Part shown: positions 10,512 through 19,824 of the stretch, one piece after another | Layout of the letters: each line of letters begins with the position of its first letter | Numbering within the stretch: position 1 is the first letter of the stretch | Assembly: GCA_040751795.1 (NCBI GenBank) | Contig: JBFMHR010000005.1 | Location: 128,001-192,000 of the forward strand | DNA from: Thermoplasmatota archaeon | GTDB lineage: Archaea > Thermoplasmatota > Thermoplasmata > UBA10834 | Reading direction: 5' to 3' | DNA length: 64,000 nucleotides | Made by a program: the position numbers and the translations under genes | The notes under the pieces: generated by a model | Database searches by the model: none | What the model was told of the DNA's origin: nothing | Seen by the model: the letters and a program-made list of their open reading frames with translations, nothing else

Positions 10512-11407
10512 CTCCTCTTCCCCTCCTGCTCCCTCATCTTCCTCAGACCTTCCTCGAACGTAACCATCTTCCTGCCTAACAGCCTTTCGACCTTGGACAC
10601 ATCCAGGCACGAGTAGGCCGGTCTCCTGGCGGGCAGCGTGACAGATGACGATGGCACCGCCACAGCCAGCGCCTCGTCCAGGTCGAAGGCCTTCGCAATC
10701 ATCCGTCCACAGGTCGGCCTGTCGAGGCAGTCCGGACCAGAGGTGTGCCATATCCCTGTCACGTCCTTCTCCGCCAGGTCCAGCAGAGTCTTCGCGAGGT
10801 CGTCTGCGAAAGTCGGCGATATGAACTGGTCCTGGAATAGAGGCGCCTTCTCCCCCTTGCGGATCCTCTTCAGCACCCACGTCACGAAGTTATCCTTGTC
10901 CTCGAGAGGGTTCCACCCGTACAGGACCGCTGGTCGCGCCACGACCGCCCCTGGGAGGGTCGACAGCACGGCCTTCTCCCCAGCGAGCTTGCTAGCGCCG
11001 TAGACGGATATGGGCCTCGGGACGTCGGTCTCCGTGTACCTCCTCCTCTTCGTGCCGTCGAAGACATAGTCGGTGGACACATGGACGAGCCTCGCTCCTC
11101 CCTCCTTGCAGGTCCTCGCGACCAGGGCCGGCCCTGAGGCGTTCACCCTGTTCGCAGCCAGCTGCTGTCTCTCGCAGGCATCAACGTTCGTCATCGCCGC
11201 GGCCAGAATGACGATGTCCGGGGCCGTCTTCTTGAACAGGGCATCGACCTCGTCCTTGGAGCCTATGTCCAGAGCCTCGAGCCTCCATAGGTCCTTCCCG
11301 TCGACCTCGGGGTTGTACGTGCCGACCGCGCCAAACCTCCCCCTGGCCTGCTCCATCAGCTTGCTGCCAAGGAGTCCCGACGCGCCTATGACGAGGAGCT
11401 TCTTCAA
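10508..11407 (-). CDS. rmlD: dTDP-4-dehydrorhamnose reductase
   Basis: GASGLLG, HVSTDYVFDG and YGASK motifs; TTG start with GAGGT SD. Confidence 0.92.
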   Translation of the reverse strand: MKKLLVIGASGLLGSKLMEQARGRFGAVGTYNPEVDGKDLWRLEALDIGSKDEVDALFKKTAPDIVILAAAMTNVDACERQQLAANRVNASGPALVARTCKEGGARLVHVSTDYVFDGTKRRRYTETDVPRPISVYGASKLAGEKAVLSTLPGAVVARPAVLYGWNPLEDKDNFVTWVLKRIRKGEKAPLFQDQFISPTFADDLAKTLLDLAEKDVTGIWHTSGPDCLDRPTCGRMIAKAFDLDEALAVAVPSSSVTLPARRPAYSCLDVSKVERLLGRKMVTFEEGLRKMREQEGKRR

Positions 11408-11448
11408 ACAGGGTACCTCTGAGATACCAGACCGAACGCATGGACACC

Positions 11449-11458
11449 TTAATAATTT
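11449..11458. promoter_or_regulatory. AT-rich TATA-like element between divergent rmlD and rmlC
   Basis: TTAATAATTT in a GC-rich background, about 25 nt before the rmlC ATG at 11482. Confidence 0.45.
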
Positions 11459-11481
11459 GTCTCGACCATGACCGTCCCATC

Positions 11482-11952
11482 ATGGCGGCTAGAATCGGCA
11501 CGATCGCTGACGTCAGCGTGCGTAGCCTCCGCAGGATCCAAGACGATCGCGGATGGCTCATGGAGATATTCCGTTCGGACTGGCCCGAGTTCCAGAAGTT
11601 CGGGCAGACGTACATGACCACCTGCAAGCCGGGCGTCGTGAAGGGCTGGCACTACCACAAGCTCCAGTGGGACCACTTCGTCCCCATCAGGGGGAACGCC
11701 CTGGTCGGGCTCTACGACGCGAGGGAGGGCTCCCCGACGAAGGGCGTCCTCCAGGAGGTCGAGGTCTGGGAGAAGGAGCCGAAGTTCGTCAGGATACCGC
11801 CCCTTGTCTACCACGGCTTCACCCCCCTGGACGACAGCGAGATATGGGTCGTGAACACCCCCACCGAGCTCTACGACTACAAGCAGCCCGACGAGCACCG
11901 GAAGGAATGGGACGACCCAGAGATAGGCTATCTGTGGCGAAAGAAGAGGTGA
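11482..11952 (+). CDS. rmlC: dTDP-4-dehydrorhamnose 3,5-epimerase family (cupin)
   Basis: DDRGWLME, GVVKGWHYH and IPPLVYHGF motifs. Confidence 0.88.
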   Translation: MAARIGTIADVSVRSLRRIQDDRGWLMEIFRSDWPEFQKFGQTYMTTCKPGVVKGWHYHKLQWDHFVPIRGNALVGLYDAREGSPTKGVLQEVEVWEKEPKFVRIPPLVYHGFTPLDDSEIWVVNTPTELYDYKQPDEHRKEWDDPEIGYLWRKKR

Positions 11953-11958
11953 TTCCCC

Positions 11959-12906
11959 TTGAGGATGCTCATCACAGGCGGCGCGGGTTTCATCGGGTGC
12001 AACTTCGTCCGGCACATGCTGAAGGAGCACCCTCAGGACCAGGTTGTCGTCCTGGACAAACTGACGTATGCCGGGAGGCTGGAGAACCTCGAGGATGTCA
12101 AGGACAGGATCACCTTCATCAAGGGCGACATCTGCGACAAGGACGTCGTCAGGGGCGCCATGGACGGCTGCGGCATCGTCGTCAATTTCGCGGCGGAGAG
12201 CCATGTCGACAGGAGCATCACCTCCCCCGAGGACTTCGTGCGGACCGATGTGCTGGGCGTCTTCACACTCCTGGAGGAGGCCAGGCGGCGAGACGTTAAG
12301 AGATACGTCCAGATCTCCACCGACGAGGTCTACGGTTCCACCATGTCAGGTTCCTTCTCGGAGGATGATATCCTCGATCCTTCCTCTCCGTACTCCGCCA
12401 GCAAGGCGGGCGGGGAGCTACTTGCCAGGTCGTACGTTAAGACGTATGGGCTGGATGTTATTGTGACCCGTTCTTCCAACAACTACGGCCCCTTCCAGTA
12501 CCCCGAGAAGCTGATACCCATCCTCGTTCTGAAGGCCCTTAGAAACGAACCTCTCCCTATCTACGGAAAGGGCCTGAACGTACGTGACTGGCTCCATGTC
12601 GAGGACAACTGCAGGGCGATAGACCTGATCTCTCAGAAGGCCAAGGCCGGCGACATAGTCAACGTCGGCTCGGGCAACGAGGTCCCCAACATCGACGTCG
12701 CCAAACTCATCCTTAGACACATGGGGAAGCCCGAGAGCCTCATAACCTATGTCAAGGACCGTCCTGGACACGACTTCCGGTACTCGCTCGACTGGGAGCG
12801 CCTGAAGAAGCTAGGTTGGACGCCGAAGGTCAGGTTCGAGGACGGCCTCAAGAGCACGGTGGACTGGTATCTGGCCAACAAGCCTTGGTGGGAACCGCTA
12901 CTGTGA
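11959..12906 (+). CDS. rmlB: dTDP-glucose 4,6-dehydratase
   Basis: GGAGFIG, AAESHVDRSI, STDEVYG, YSASK and DRPGHD motifs. Confidence 0.95.
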   Translation: MRMLITGGAGFIGCNFVRHMLKEHPQDQVVVLDKLTYAGRLENLEDVKDRITFIKGDICDKDVVRGAMDGCGIVVNFAAESHVDRSITSPEDFVRTDVLGVFTLLEEARRRDVKRYVQISTDEVYGSTMSGSFSEDDILDPSSPYSASKAGGELLARSYVKTYGLDVIVTRSSNNYGPFQYPEKLIPILVLKALRNEPLPIYGKGLNVRDWLHVEDNCRAIDLISQKAKAGDIVNVGSGNEVPNIDVAKLILRHMGKPESLITYVKDRPGHDFRYSLDWERLKKLGWTPKVRFEDGLKSTVDWYLANKPWWEPLL

Positions 12907-12932
12907 CTTCGACCGTGTGAACGGCAAGAGGT

Positions 12933-13763
12933 CTATTCGGACTCCTTCCTCTTCGCTCCGAGCTCGCTAGATCTCTGCGACGCGACCTCGACCGCGTCGA
13001 TCAGCATCGCCTTCAGCCCGCCCCTCTCGAGCGAGTGCAGGGCGCTTATCGCTGTGCCCCCCGGGGAGGTCACGAGGTCCTTGAGCTTCGCCGGGTGCTC
13101 CTTCGTCTCCTGGATGAGCTTCGACGACCCTATGAGCGTCTGGACCGCCAGAACTGAGGCCACGTCCCTCGACAGGCCGACCTTCACCCCCGCGTCCGTC
13201 AGACCCTCTAGTATCTGGAACACGTACATCGGCCCGGTCCCGCTGAGGCCCGTGACCGCGTCCATCAGCGACTCCTCGACCTCGGCCACGATCCCCACCG
13301 ACTCGAATATGTGGGTGGCGGAGGCCATGTGCTCCTCGGTCGCGTACTTCCCCGGGCATATGGCCGTCGCGGCCTCCCTGACAACCGCCGCGATGTTCGG
13401 CATCGCCCTCACGACAGGGACCTTCCCCCCGACCTTCTTCTCGATGCTCGCCGTCGTGACGCCCGCCGCCACCGACACCAGGAGCTTCGAGTCCTTCAGG
13501 GACGGCTTGACCTCCTCGACGACCTTCAGCATGATCTGGGGCTTGACCGCGAGGACCACGATGTCCGCGAACTCGGCCGCCTCGGTGTTGGAGTGGGACG
13601 CCCTGACCTGGGGCACGGCCTTCCTGATGTGCTCGAGCCTCGTCTTGAGCGGCTCGGCCACCATGATGTGCTCCGCCTTGGCCCAGTCGGTCTGCAGGAT
13701 GCCCTTCGCAAGGGCCATCCCCATGTTCCCGCCCCCGATGATGGCTATCCTCTTGTCGTTCAT
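12933..13763 (-). CDS. proC: Pyrroline-5-carboxylate reductase
   Basis: GGGNMG, AVKPQ, RAMPN and VTSPGGT motifs; start placed at ATG 13763, downstream of TTAAATAT (13801-13808). Confidence 0.93.
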   Translation of the reverse strand: MNDKRIAIIGGGNMGMALAKGILQTDWAKAEHIMVAEPLKTRLEHIRKAVPQVRASHSNTEAAEFADIVVLAVKPQIMLKVVEEVKPSLKDSKLLVSVAAGVTTASIEKKVGGKVPVVRAMPNIAAVVREAATAICPGKYATEEHMASATHIFESVGIVAEVEESLMDAVTGLSGTGPMYVFQILEGLTDAGVKVGLSRDVASVLAVQTLIGSSKLIQETKEHPAKLKDLVTSPGGTAISALHSLERGGLKAMLIDAVEVASQRSSELGAKRKESE

Positions 13764-13872
13764 GGCTCCCACTCGTCTGGGATTGGCCACGATGGGCCGG
13801 ATATTTAATCTAGACGGTACAGAATTGGACATTCAAAGGCCGGCTGTGGCCTTCTCGGGGATATCGAGTCAT

Positions 13873-14169
13873 TCATCCGTACAATCTCTTGTGGCGCGAG
13901 CGCAGGTGCCACCAGGTGACGGTGCAGAGCACCGCGAGGAAGGCCGCCGTCAGGACCAGCACCGTCCTAGGGGCCGCGTCCGTGACGATCGCCGCCAGGG
14001 CCAGCAGCACGAGGACGGCGACTGCCGTGACAACGACCATGAATGATGCCAGGTTCCTCTGCTGGGCCAGGTTCAGTGTTGTGGTCCCGTACGGGGTCTC
14101 GCTGACTATGGTCACCCTCTCTTCCCGAGGCACTTCCCCTGCTGCCCGTTGCCCCTCCAACCCTGTCAC
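13873..14169 (-). CDS. Small two-TM membrane protein, unknown function
   Basis: Two hydrophobic helices; co-oriented with the DUF1616 gene and proC. Confidence 0.55.
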   Translation of the reverse strand: MTGLEGQRAAGEVPREERVTIVSETPYGTTTLNLAQQRNLASFMVVVTAVAVLVLLALAAIVTDAAPRTVLVLTAAFLAVLCTVTWWHLRSRHKRLYG

Positions 14170-14228
14170 TCTCGGGCGGTGATTCCATCAGGGGGCTGAT
14201 GAAGGTTTCCGCGGCCTTCCCGGCCGCG

Positions 14229-15185
14229 TCACCCATCGGGCCACACGTCTACCCACAGGTGGACCTCCCTGTAGGGGTCCTGTCCGATGGGCTGCCCCTC
14301 GAGGAAGAGCATGACCTGCAGCTTCCACTCCCCCTCCTGCGTGATGTTGAAGTCGAACGTCTGGTTGTAGTAGGCCAGGTGCTCGAGGGAGAAGTCCTGC
14401 GCTATCCCGACGCGCGGCGTCAGCTCGTGCGTGGCGTCCCAGTCTATCGTGTCCTGGCCCACCGTGAAGTTGCCGTCCGTCGCGTTCGTCAGCACCAGGA
14501 CCAGCGTGTAGTCGACAGGCTCGTGCTCGAACGACCTGACCGTGATGAGGACCGTCCCGTTCTCCCCGACCGTCAGGTTGGTCGGATAATCGTCGGCCAT
14601 CCCCTCCGGGCCCAGGATCGCCAGCTGAGTGAAGGTCTCCCCGACCCTCGGGGTCGTGACGGCCCACGCCAGCACGACGACCGACGCCACGAGCATAACC
14701 GCGATCCCGATGGTGAGCGCCCTGTCGACTACGGGCATGCCCTCCCAGTCGAACCTGACGTCGACGACGATAGCGAACCTCTCGTCCTCCGGCAGCCTCA
14801 TCCGCCTGTACCACCCGACGGCCGACGCGGCCAGGATGAACCCCGAGACCGAGGCGAGTATCGGGTCCAGCCTTATCCCGTAGGGCGTGAAGTTGAGGGC
14901 GAGGCCGATCAGCGGCACTATCGCGATGCTCAGGCCCAGGCTGAGGGCGACCCTCTCAATGCCGTCGATCCTGTCGTTCTCGGGGAACAGGGCAGCGGTG
15001 GCCGCGTACCCGGGCAGGAACAGGACGAAGGCGAGCCCCAGGGCCTGCCTCGCAGCGCTCTCAGGGACCGCGAGGACGAGCAGGACCAGCAGGAGGGCGA
15101 GAGCTGCGCACGCAAGAAGGTCGTAAGGCCTCTCCCGCACCTCGATGTGGATGTGGCGGGGGTCCCCCTTCGCCGGTCCGGACAC
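14229..15185 (-). CDS. DUF1616 family membrane protein
   Basis: LFLPGYA..AALFP, IERVALSLGLSI, LNFTP and E.FT.LxILG..G.A.DYP motifs; GTG 15185 chosen as start. Confidence 0.85.
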   Translation of the reverse strand: MSGPAKGDPRHIHIEVRERPYDLLACAALALLLVLLVLAVPESAARQALGLAFVLFLPGYAATAALFPENDRIDGIERVALSLGLSIAIVPLIGLALNFTPYGIRLDPILASVSGFILAASAVGWYRRMRLPEDERFAIVVDVRFDWEGMPVVDRALTIGIAVMLVASVVVLAWAVTTPRVGETFTQLAILGPEGMADDYPTNLTVGENGTVLITVRSFEHEPVDYTLVLVLTNATDGNFTVGQDTIDWDATHELTPRVGIAQDFSLEHLAYYNQTFDFNITQEGEWKLQVMLFLEGQPIGQDPYREVHLWVDVWPDG

Positions 15186-15315
15186 GTGATCGCCATCGGG
15201 ATTGGCGTTCCGTATATCAATACTCTCAGGGGCGGGCCGCCCCCGCCGTGGGCACATTGTAATACCCCTGACCCGATTCCCTCACGCCGGGGCGCCGGCA
15301 GCGCAGGGACGGCCC

Positions 15316-15561
15316 ATGCTCCTATCCGAGAAGATCTTCGTCGCTATGGCCGCCTGGACGGCGGCGTCCGTGTACGTCGCCATGCGGTCAGGGACGGACC
15401 TCCTCGTCACGCTGGTCCTGATAGGCCTCCTGGTGACGCGCGAGCTATCGGACGGGGTGCTGAGCAGGAGCCTCAGGCGCAGGATGGCGATGTTCATCTA
15501 CGCCCTCCTGGCCGTCTTCGCCGCGGTGGTGGCGAACCGGGTCCTGGAAGTGCTGTCCTAA
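15316..15561 (+). CDS. Small three-TM membrane protein associated with DUF1616
   Basis: MLLSEKIFVAM...LIGLLVTREL...VANRVLEVLS; 81 aa and hydrophobic. Confidence 0.7.
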   Translation: MLLSEKIFVAMAAWTAASVYVAMRSGTDLLVTLVLIGLLVTRELSDGVLSRSLRRRMAMFIYALLAVFAAVVANRVLEVLS

Positions 15562-15566
15562 GGCCG

Positions 15567-16391
15567 TCACCATTCGGAGAGGGACAGCGTGAAGACCACC
15601 CTGTCCTGGGAATTGTCCACCTTCTCCACCCTGACCGCCCTGTCGGTCGCCCTCGCGACCGCGGTGAGGATGCACGAGCACCCGACGCACTGGAGCTGCC
15701 TGCAGGTGTCGGGCATCTCCGCCCTCACGGCCCTGCACGCATCGCGCAGGCCGCCGTACTCCACCCTGAGGACCAGCCTCCCCTCCCTCTCCTTGAGGTG
15801 GAAGTCGCGCATCATGCCCATCCCCTGCCCGAGCATCCGGAGGCCGCCCTCGACCGCCTCCATGTCCATCCCCTTCTCCATGGGCCCGCGCTCCCTCTCT
15901 ATGGCCGCGAGGAGCTCCCCTCCCGGCGGGTCGACCAGGATCCCCGAGCCGTCCGTCAGGTGGGCCCTGGAAACCGGTCCGTCGGCCTCCGCGGGCACGA
16001 ACACCTTCTCCGGGACGCCTTCCCTCGCCGGGAGGTACACCGAGCCGCCCTCGAGCGACCTGCCCCCCACGAGGTCCCTGTTCGACCTGGCCGCCGACAT
16101 CATCTGTGCGGCCGAGACGCTTGCAGGGACGCTGGGGAGCGAGAGCACCGCGACGGCGAACGCGCCGAGGAACAGGGCGCCCGCTGCTGACACCGTGAAC
16201 GCGGTCCTCCTCTCCTCGAGGGTGTCGAGCCTCTCCTGGAGATCCGGGTCGTCCGTGTCGCCGATGCCCCCGATCTCCGAGTGGGCGTCGTACGCGAACG
16301 CGGCGAGGGCCGCCCCGACTGCCAGGAGCGCGATCCCGAGGAGGATCCCGCGGTTCAATGAAATCCGTCCAGACGAATCGCCAGGGGACAT
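15567..16391 (-). CDS. Two-TM membrane protein with Cys-containing C-terminal domain, unknown function
   Basis: Two N-terminal TM segments, PPG motif, C..C.Q..C..CS motif; host-like codon usage. Confidence 0.75.
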   Translation of the reverse strand: MSPGDSSGRISLNRGILLGIALLAVGAALAAFAYDAHSEIGGIGDTDDPDLQERLDTLEERRTAFTVSAAGALFLGAFAVAVLSLPSVPASVSAAQMMSAARSNRDLVGGRSLEGGSVYLPAREGVPEKVFVPAEADGPVSRAHLTDGSGILVDPPGGELLAAIERERGPMEKGMDMEAVEGGLRMLGQGMGMMRDFHLKEREGRLVLRVEYGGLRDACRAVRAEMPDTCRQLQCVGCSCILTAVARATDRAVRVEKVDNSQDRVVFTLSLSEW

Positions 16392-16502
16392 GACGCATCC
16401 TGCTGGGACGGTAACACCCTTACCCCTATTCTAATTATCCAGGCCTCCCGCGTCCCCTCCCGTGGCAGGCTATTAATATCGGCCGAGTCGATTCCCGTCG
16501 AC

Positions 16503-18938
16503 GTGGGTGGATGGGGCAGATGCTGCCCCGAAGGAGGGATTCCCCTGGTCCTCTGGTCCTGGTCAGTGTGCCTCCGAGCTGTCAGCCTGTGCGCTCTCGT
16601 GGTCGCATCCTCTTGCCTGATGGGCGTCGGCGACGGCTGCGGGCCAGTCAGCCCGGCCGTCGTCCCAGCGGCCCACATCGAGGCGGAGGACGAGACCCTC
16701 GCCCAATCCCCACGGACCGTCGACCACCGCTGGTACGACCTGTTCGACGTCCCGCTCGGGGACTGGTGGGACAAGAGGTGGGAGGTCTACGCCGTCGACG
16801 AGCCGCTCACCGATTCCTTCCCCTACCTGGTGAGGCACCACTACGAAATGGGCAGCCACGACACCTTCTCCGGCGCGAGGCTCAACGTGACGGGCCGCGA
16901 GATCCCGGAGGTCAACACGACCTACGACCCCCGGTTCCTCCCCCTCCTGTCCGGCGACGGCGGCGCCAGGGGAGGGAACGCGCGGATCGACTGGTACATG
17001 CAGTACATCTCTCCGGCGGACTACTACCAGTACCCGCCCCAGGTCACGGACTGGGACGACGGGTGGCTGGTGGCTCTCAACGGGACCGTCACGCTGGACC
17101 AGGACGCCGCGATGTCCGTCCTGGGCATGCCCTCCAGCGCCTGGAGCGACTTCTCCGGGTGGTGGTCGTCCAACGCCGTGGCGGTGGAGAACGGCTACAC
17201 CGAGTGGCTGCTCGCGGAGGGGAACGACGACCCCCTCGACATATTCCCCATGTATGAGTACCCCCTCGTCCCTCTGATCATGAACCTCGCCGCGGCGAGG
17301 GAGGGCGACGAGGTCGTCCTGACCTACGACACGCTCACCTGGGGCATGGAGGCCATGATGACGAGGTGGATGCGCGACGCGTTCATGCCCACCGAGTGGT
17401 GGTTCGAGGACATGTCCTTCCATGCGCAGATCGGCCCGGCGTACGCTGACCTGGACATCGACACGGCCGTCCCCTACGCCGTCAGGGCGTGGGAGGCCAA
17501 GGACGCAGGCTCCCCCTGCTGGGTATGGCAGGGGATGCTGCAGGACCGGATCGAGTCGAGCGTCGTCCACCCGGTCTCCGCCTTCGACCGCTACTGCGAC
17601 CTCACGCGCGAGTGGCTCTCGCCGGGGAGCCCTGGGTATGGGGCGACGGTCCCGTACAAGGACGTCCCCGCTTGCTTCGACCTCTCCCCCGGCGAGACCC
17701 TGTCCCTGACATGGCCCGATGCGCCGATCCTGTTCATGGAGCACGTCTCCACGGGCGTCGTCAGCAACACGACCGCGGCCGCGAGGGTCGCGTACATGGA
17801 GCCGATGCCCGTCGACATGCCCGGGGCGGTGTCCGTCGACCCGGCCCAGAGGACGGTGCTCCTCGAGGGCCCCTTGGACCTCGAGGCCTGGGCCGAGGGC
17901 CAGTGCCTGCACGAGAACCTCTCCGCGGAGTGGGACAGGCTAGGGGCCCTGCCGTGCGGGCTGCCCTACATCGAGCTCACCATGGCGGGGGAGAACTCCC
18001 CGCCCTTCGCCTGCCTCTCCGCCGAGCACGACCCCGACGCCAACGTCTCCTCCGCTTTCCTGCTCGACGCAGGCTCGTCGTGCGATGCGGACGACCCAAT
18101 CTCAGAGCTCCTGTGCCGCTGGGACCTCGACGGCGACGGCTCCTGGGACACCGCGTGGGGCGACGATTTCCAGGCGTGGCACGACTTCGAGGTGGTGGGG
18201 ACACACGCGCCCTTCGTGGAGGTGATGGACTCCGAGGGGGCCTCGGACACGTGCTCCGTCGAGGTGGTCATCACCGACGTCGACCCCCCGGAGACCACCG
18301 TCTGGCTGTCCGGGCTCGAGGGCTGCGAGGGCTGGTTCGTGTCCGATGTCACGGTGAACCTGTCCTCGGTAGACGCCGGCCCGGTCGAGTCGACCTGGTG
18401 CAGCCTGGACGGCGGCGACTGGACCATGTACTCCGGGTCCGTGCAGGTCTCCTCGGACGGCCTGCACACGGTCGAGTTCTACTCCGTCGACTGGGCATGC
18501 AACGTCGAGGGGGTCTGCTCATGCGGGTTCGGGATGGACCGCGGCGCACCGGAGGTCTCCTTCGTCACCTCCTCCGAGCTGTACTCGACGGGCGACGTGA
18601 CGGTGGTCTGGTCATGCTCCGACGCCCTGAGCGGCGTGAACAGGTCGGAGCTCTCCCTCGACGGGGCGAGGTACATCCCGTTCGGCTCCGCCACGTCCCA
18701 CGCCTTCCTAGGCCTGGTCGAGGGGATACACACGGTCTTCCTCCGAGTGTACGACACCGCGGGCAACGCCGCCTCCGACTCCTACACATTCACCGTTGAC
18801 CTGGGCGGCGACGACGGCGGCGACCCGACGGACCCGGGCGGGGGCGCTGACTACACCCTGGTCTACCTCGGCGTGATCGCAGCGGTGGTGGCGGCCGTCG
18901 TGGCGGCCGCCGTGGTGGTCGCCAGGCGAAAGAGATAA
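16503..18938 (+). CDS. Cell-surface protein: unknown N-terminal domain + PKD + Ig-like stalk domains + C-terminal TM anchor
   Basis: Acidic protein; PKD-like DAGSSCD..WDLDGDG, WFVSDVTVNL..D, G.HTV...VYDTAGN, TM followed by RRKR. TATA-like TATTAATAT at 16470-16478. Confidence 0.8.
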   Translation: MGGWGRCCPEGGIPLVLWSWSVCLRAVSLCALVVASSCLMGVGDGCGPVSPAVVPAAHIEAEDETLAQSPRTVDHRWYDLFDVPLGDWWDKRWEVYAVDEPLTDSFPYLVRHHYEMGSHDTFSGARLNVTGREIPEVNTTYDPRFLPLLSGDGGARGGNARIDWYMQYISPADYYQYPPQVTDWDDGWLVALNGTVTLDQDAAMSVLGMPSSAWSDFSGWWSSNAVAVENGYTEWLLAEGNDDPLDIFPMYEYPLVPLIMNLAAAREGDEVVLTYDTLTWGMEAMMTRWMRDAFMPTEWWFEDMSFHAQIGPAYADLDIDTAVPYAVRAWEAKDAGSPCWVWQGMLQDRIESSVVHPVSAFDRYCDLTREWLSPGSPGYGATVPYKDVPACFDLSPGETLSLTWPDAPILFMEHVSTGVVSNTTAAARVAYMEPMPVDMPGAVSVDPAQRTVLLEGPLDLEAWAEGQCLHENLSAEWDRLGALPCGLPYIELTMAGENSPPFACLSAEHDPDANVSSAFLLDAGSSCDADDPISELLCRWDLDGDGSWDTAWGDDFQAWHDFEVVGTHAPFVEVMDSEGASDTCSVEVVITDVDPPETTVWLSGLEGCEGWFVSDVTVNLSSVDAGPVESTWCSLDGGDWTMYSGSVQVSSDGLHTVEFYSVDWACNVEGVCSCGFGMDRGAPEVSFVTSSELYSTGDVTVVWSCSDALSGVNRSELSLDGARYIPFGSATSHAFLGLVEGIHTVFLRVYDTAGNAASDSYTFTVDLGGDDGGDPTDPGGGADYTLVYLGVIAAVVAAVVAAAVVVARRKR

Positions 18939-18971
18939 GGGCCCGGTCGTGCCTGGTGAACCCGCAGGTCG

Positions 18972-19823
18972 ATGGACATGGCGCGGAAGGTCAGGAAGCC
19001 CGCCGGGGCGCAGAGCGAGGAGGAGGTCAGGCGCGCGGTCAAGGAGAGGTACACGGAGCTCGCGCTCAAGCAGGCCCCGTGCTGCGGCCCCGACAGGTCG
19101 ACCATGTGCGGCTGCTCCGGCCTCTACCCGGACGAGGACGTCCTCTCGCTGCCGCCTGAGGCGGCCGCCGTGAGCGCGGGGTGCGGCAACCCGACCGCCA
19201 TCGCGGAGCTCAGGGCGGGGATGGTTGTGGTGGATCTGGGCAGCGGCGGAGGCATAGACGCGTTCCTTTCTGCGAAAAAGGTAGGCCCCAGGGGCAGGGT
19301 CTACGGCATCGACGCGACCCCTGAGATGGTCCACCGCGCGAGGAGGACCGCCAAGGAGCACGGCTTCTCGAACGTCGAGTTCAGGCTCGGCGAGATAGAG
19401 CACATGCCGCTCCCGGACGGGTGCGCCGACGTGGTCATCTCCAACTGCGTGATCAACCTCTCCCCCCAGAAGCAGCAGGTATTCGACGAGGCCTTCAGGG
19501 TCCTGAGGCCGGGCGGGAGGCTGGCCGTCTCGGACATCGTCCTGCTCAAGGAGCTGCCGGAGCGCCTCAGGGGCGACCTTGCGGCGTGGTCCAGCTGCGT
19601 CTCCGGCGCGGTCCTCGAGGACGAGTACCTCGGGGCGATCAGGAAGGCGGGGTTCTCGGACGTGAGGGTGGAGAGCAGGGCCGTCTACACGGACGCGCAG
19701 CTGAGGGGGTACCTCTCCCCGTCGGAGGGGGCCGGCGCCCCCACGACCAGCTTCTCGAAGAGGAAGGGTGAGGACCTCTCCGGCATAGTGGCGAGCTCCA
19801 GGGTCACGGCGAGGAAGCCCTGA
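18972..19823 (+). CDS. arsM: Arsenite S-adenosylmethionine methyltransferase
   Basis: [21 protein letters not shown] and W..C.SGA conserved Cys motifs. Confidence 0.88.
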   Translation: MDMARKVRKPAGAQSEEEVRRAVKERYTELALKQAPCCGPDRSTMCGCSGLYPDEDVLSLPPEAAAVSAGCGNPTAIAELRAGMVVVDLGSGGGIDAFLSAKKVGPRGRVYGIDATPEMVHRARRTAKEHGFSNVEFRLGEIEHMPLPDGCADVVISNCVINLSPQKQQVFDEAFRVLRPGGRLAVSDIVLLKELPERLRGDLAAWSSCVSGAVLEDEYLGAIRKAGFSDVRVESRAVYTDAQLRGYLSPSEGAGAPTTSFSKRKGEDLSGIVASSRVTARKP

Positions 19824-19824
19824 C

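Noticed and set aside
14199-16190. Long alternative-frame and antisense ORFs throughout the GC-rich part (e.g. 14199-16190+, 16563-17912-, 25796-27403-, 30228-31808+, 36534-38051+, 62865-63914-)
   Set aside because: Arg/Gly/Pro-rich shadows of real genes caused by high GC3; no family motifs.
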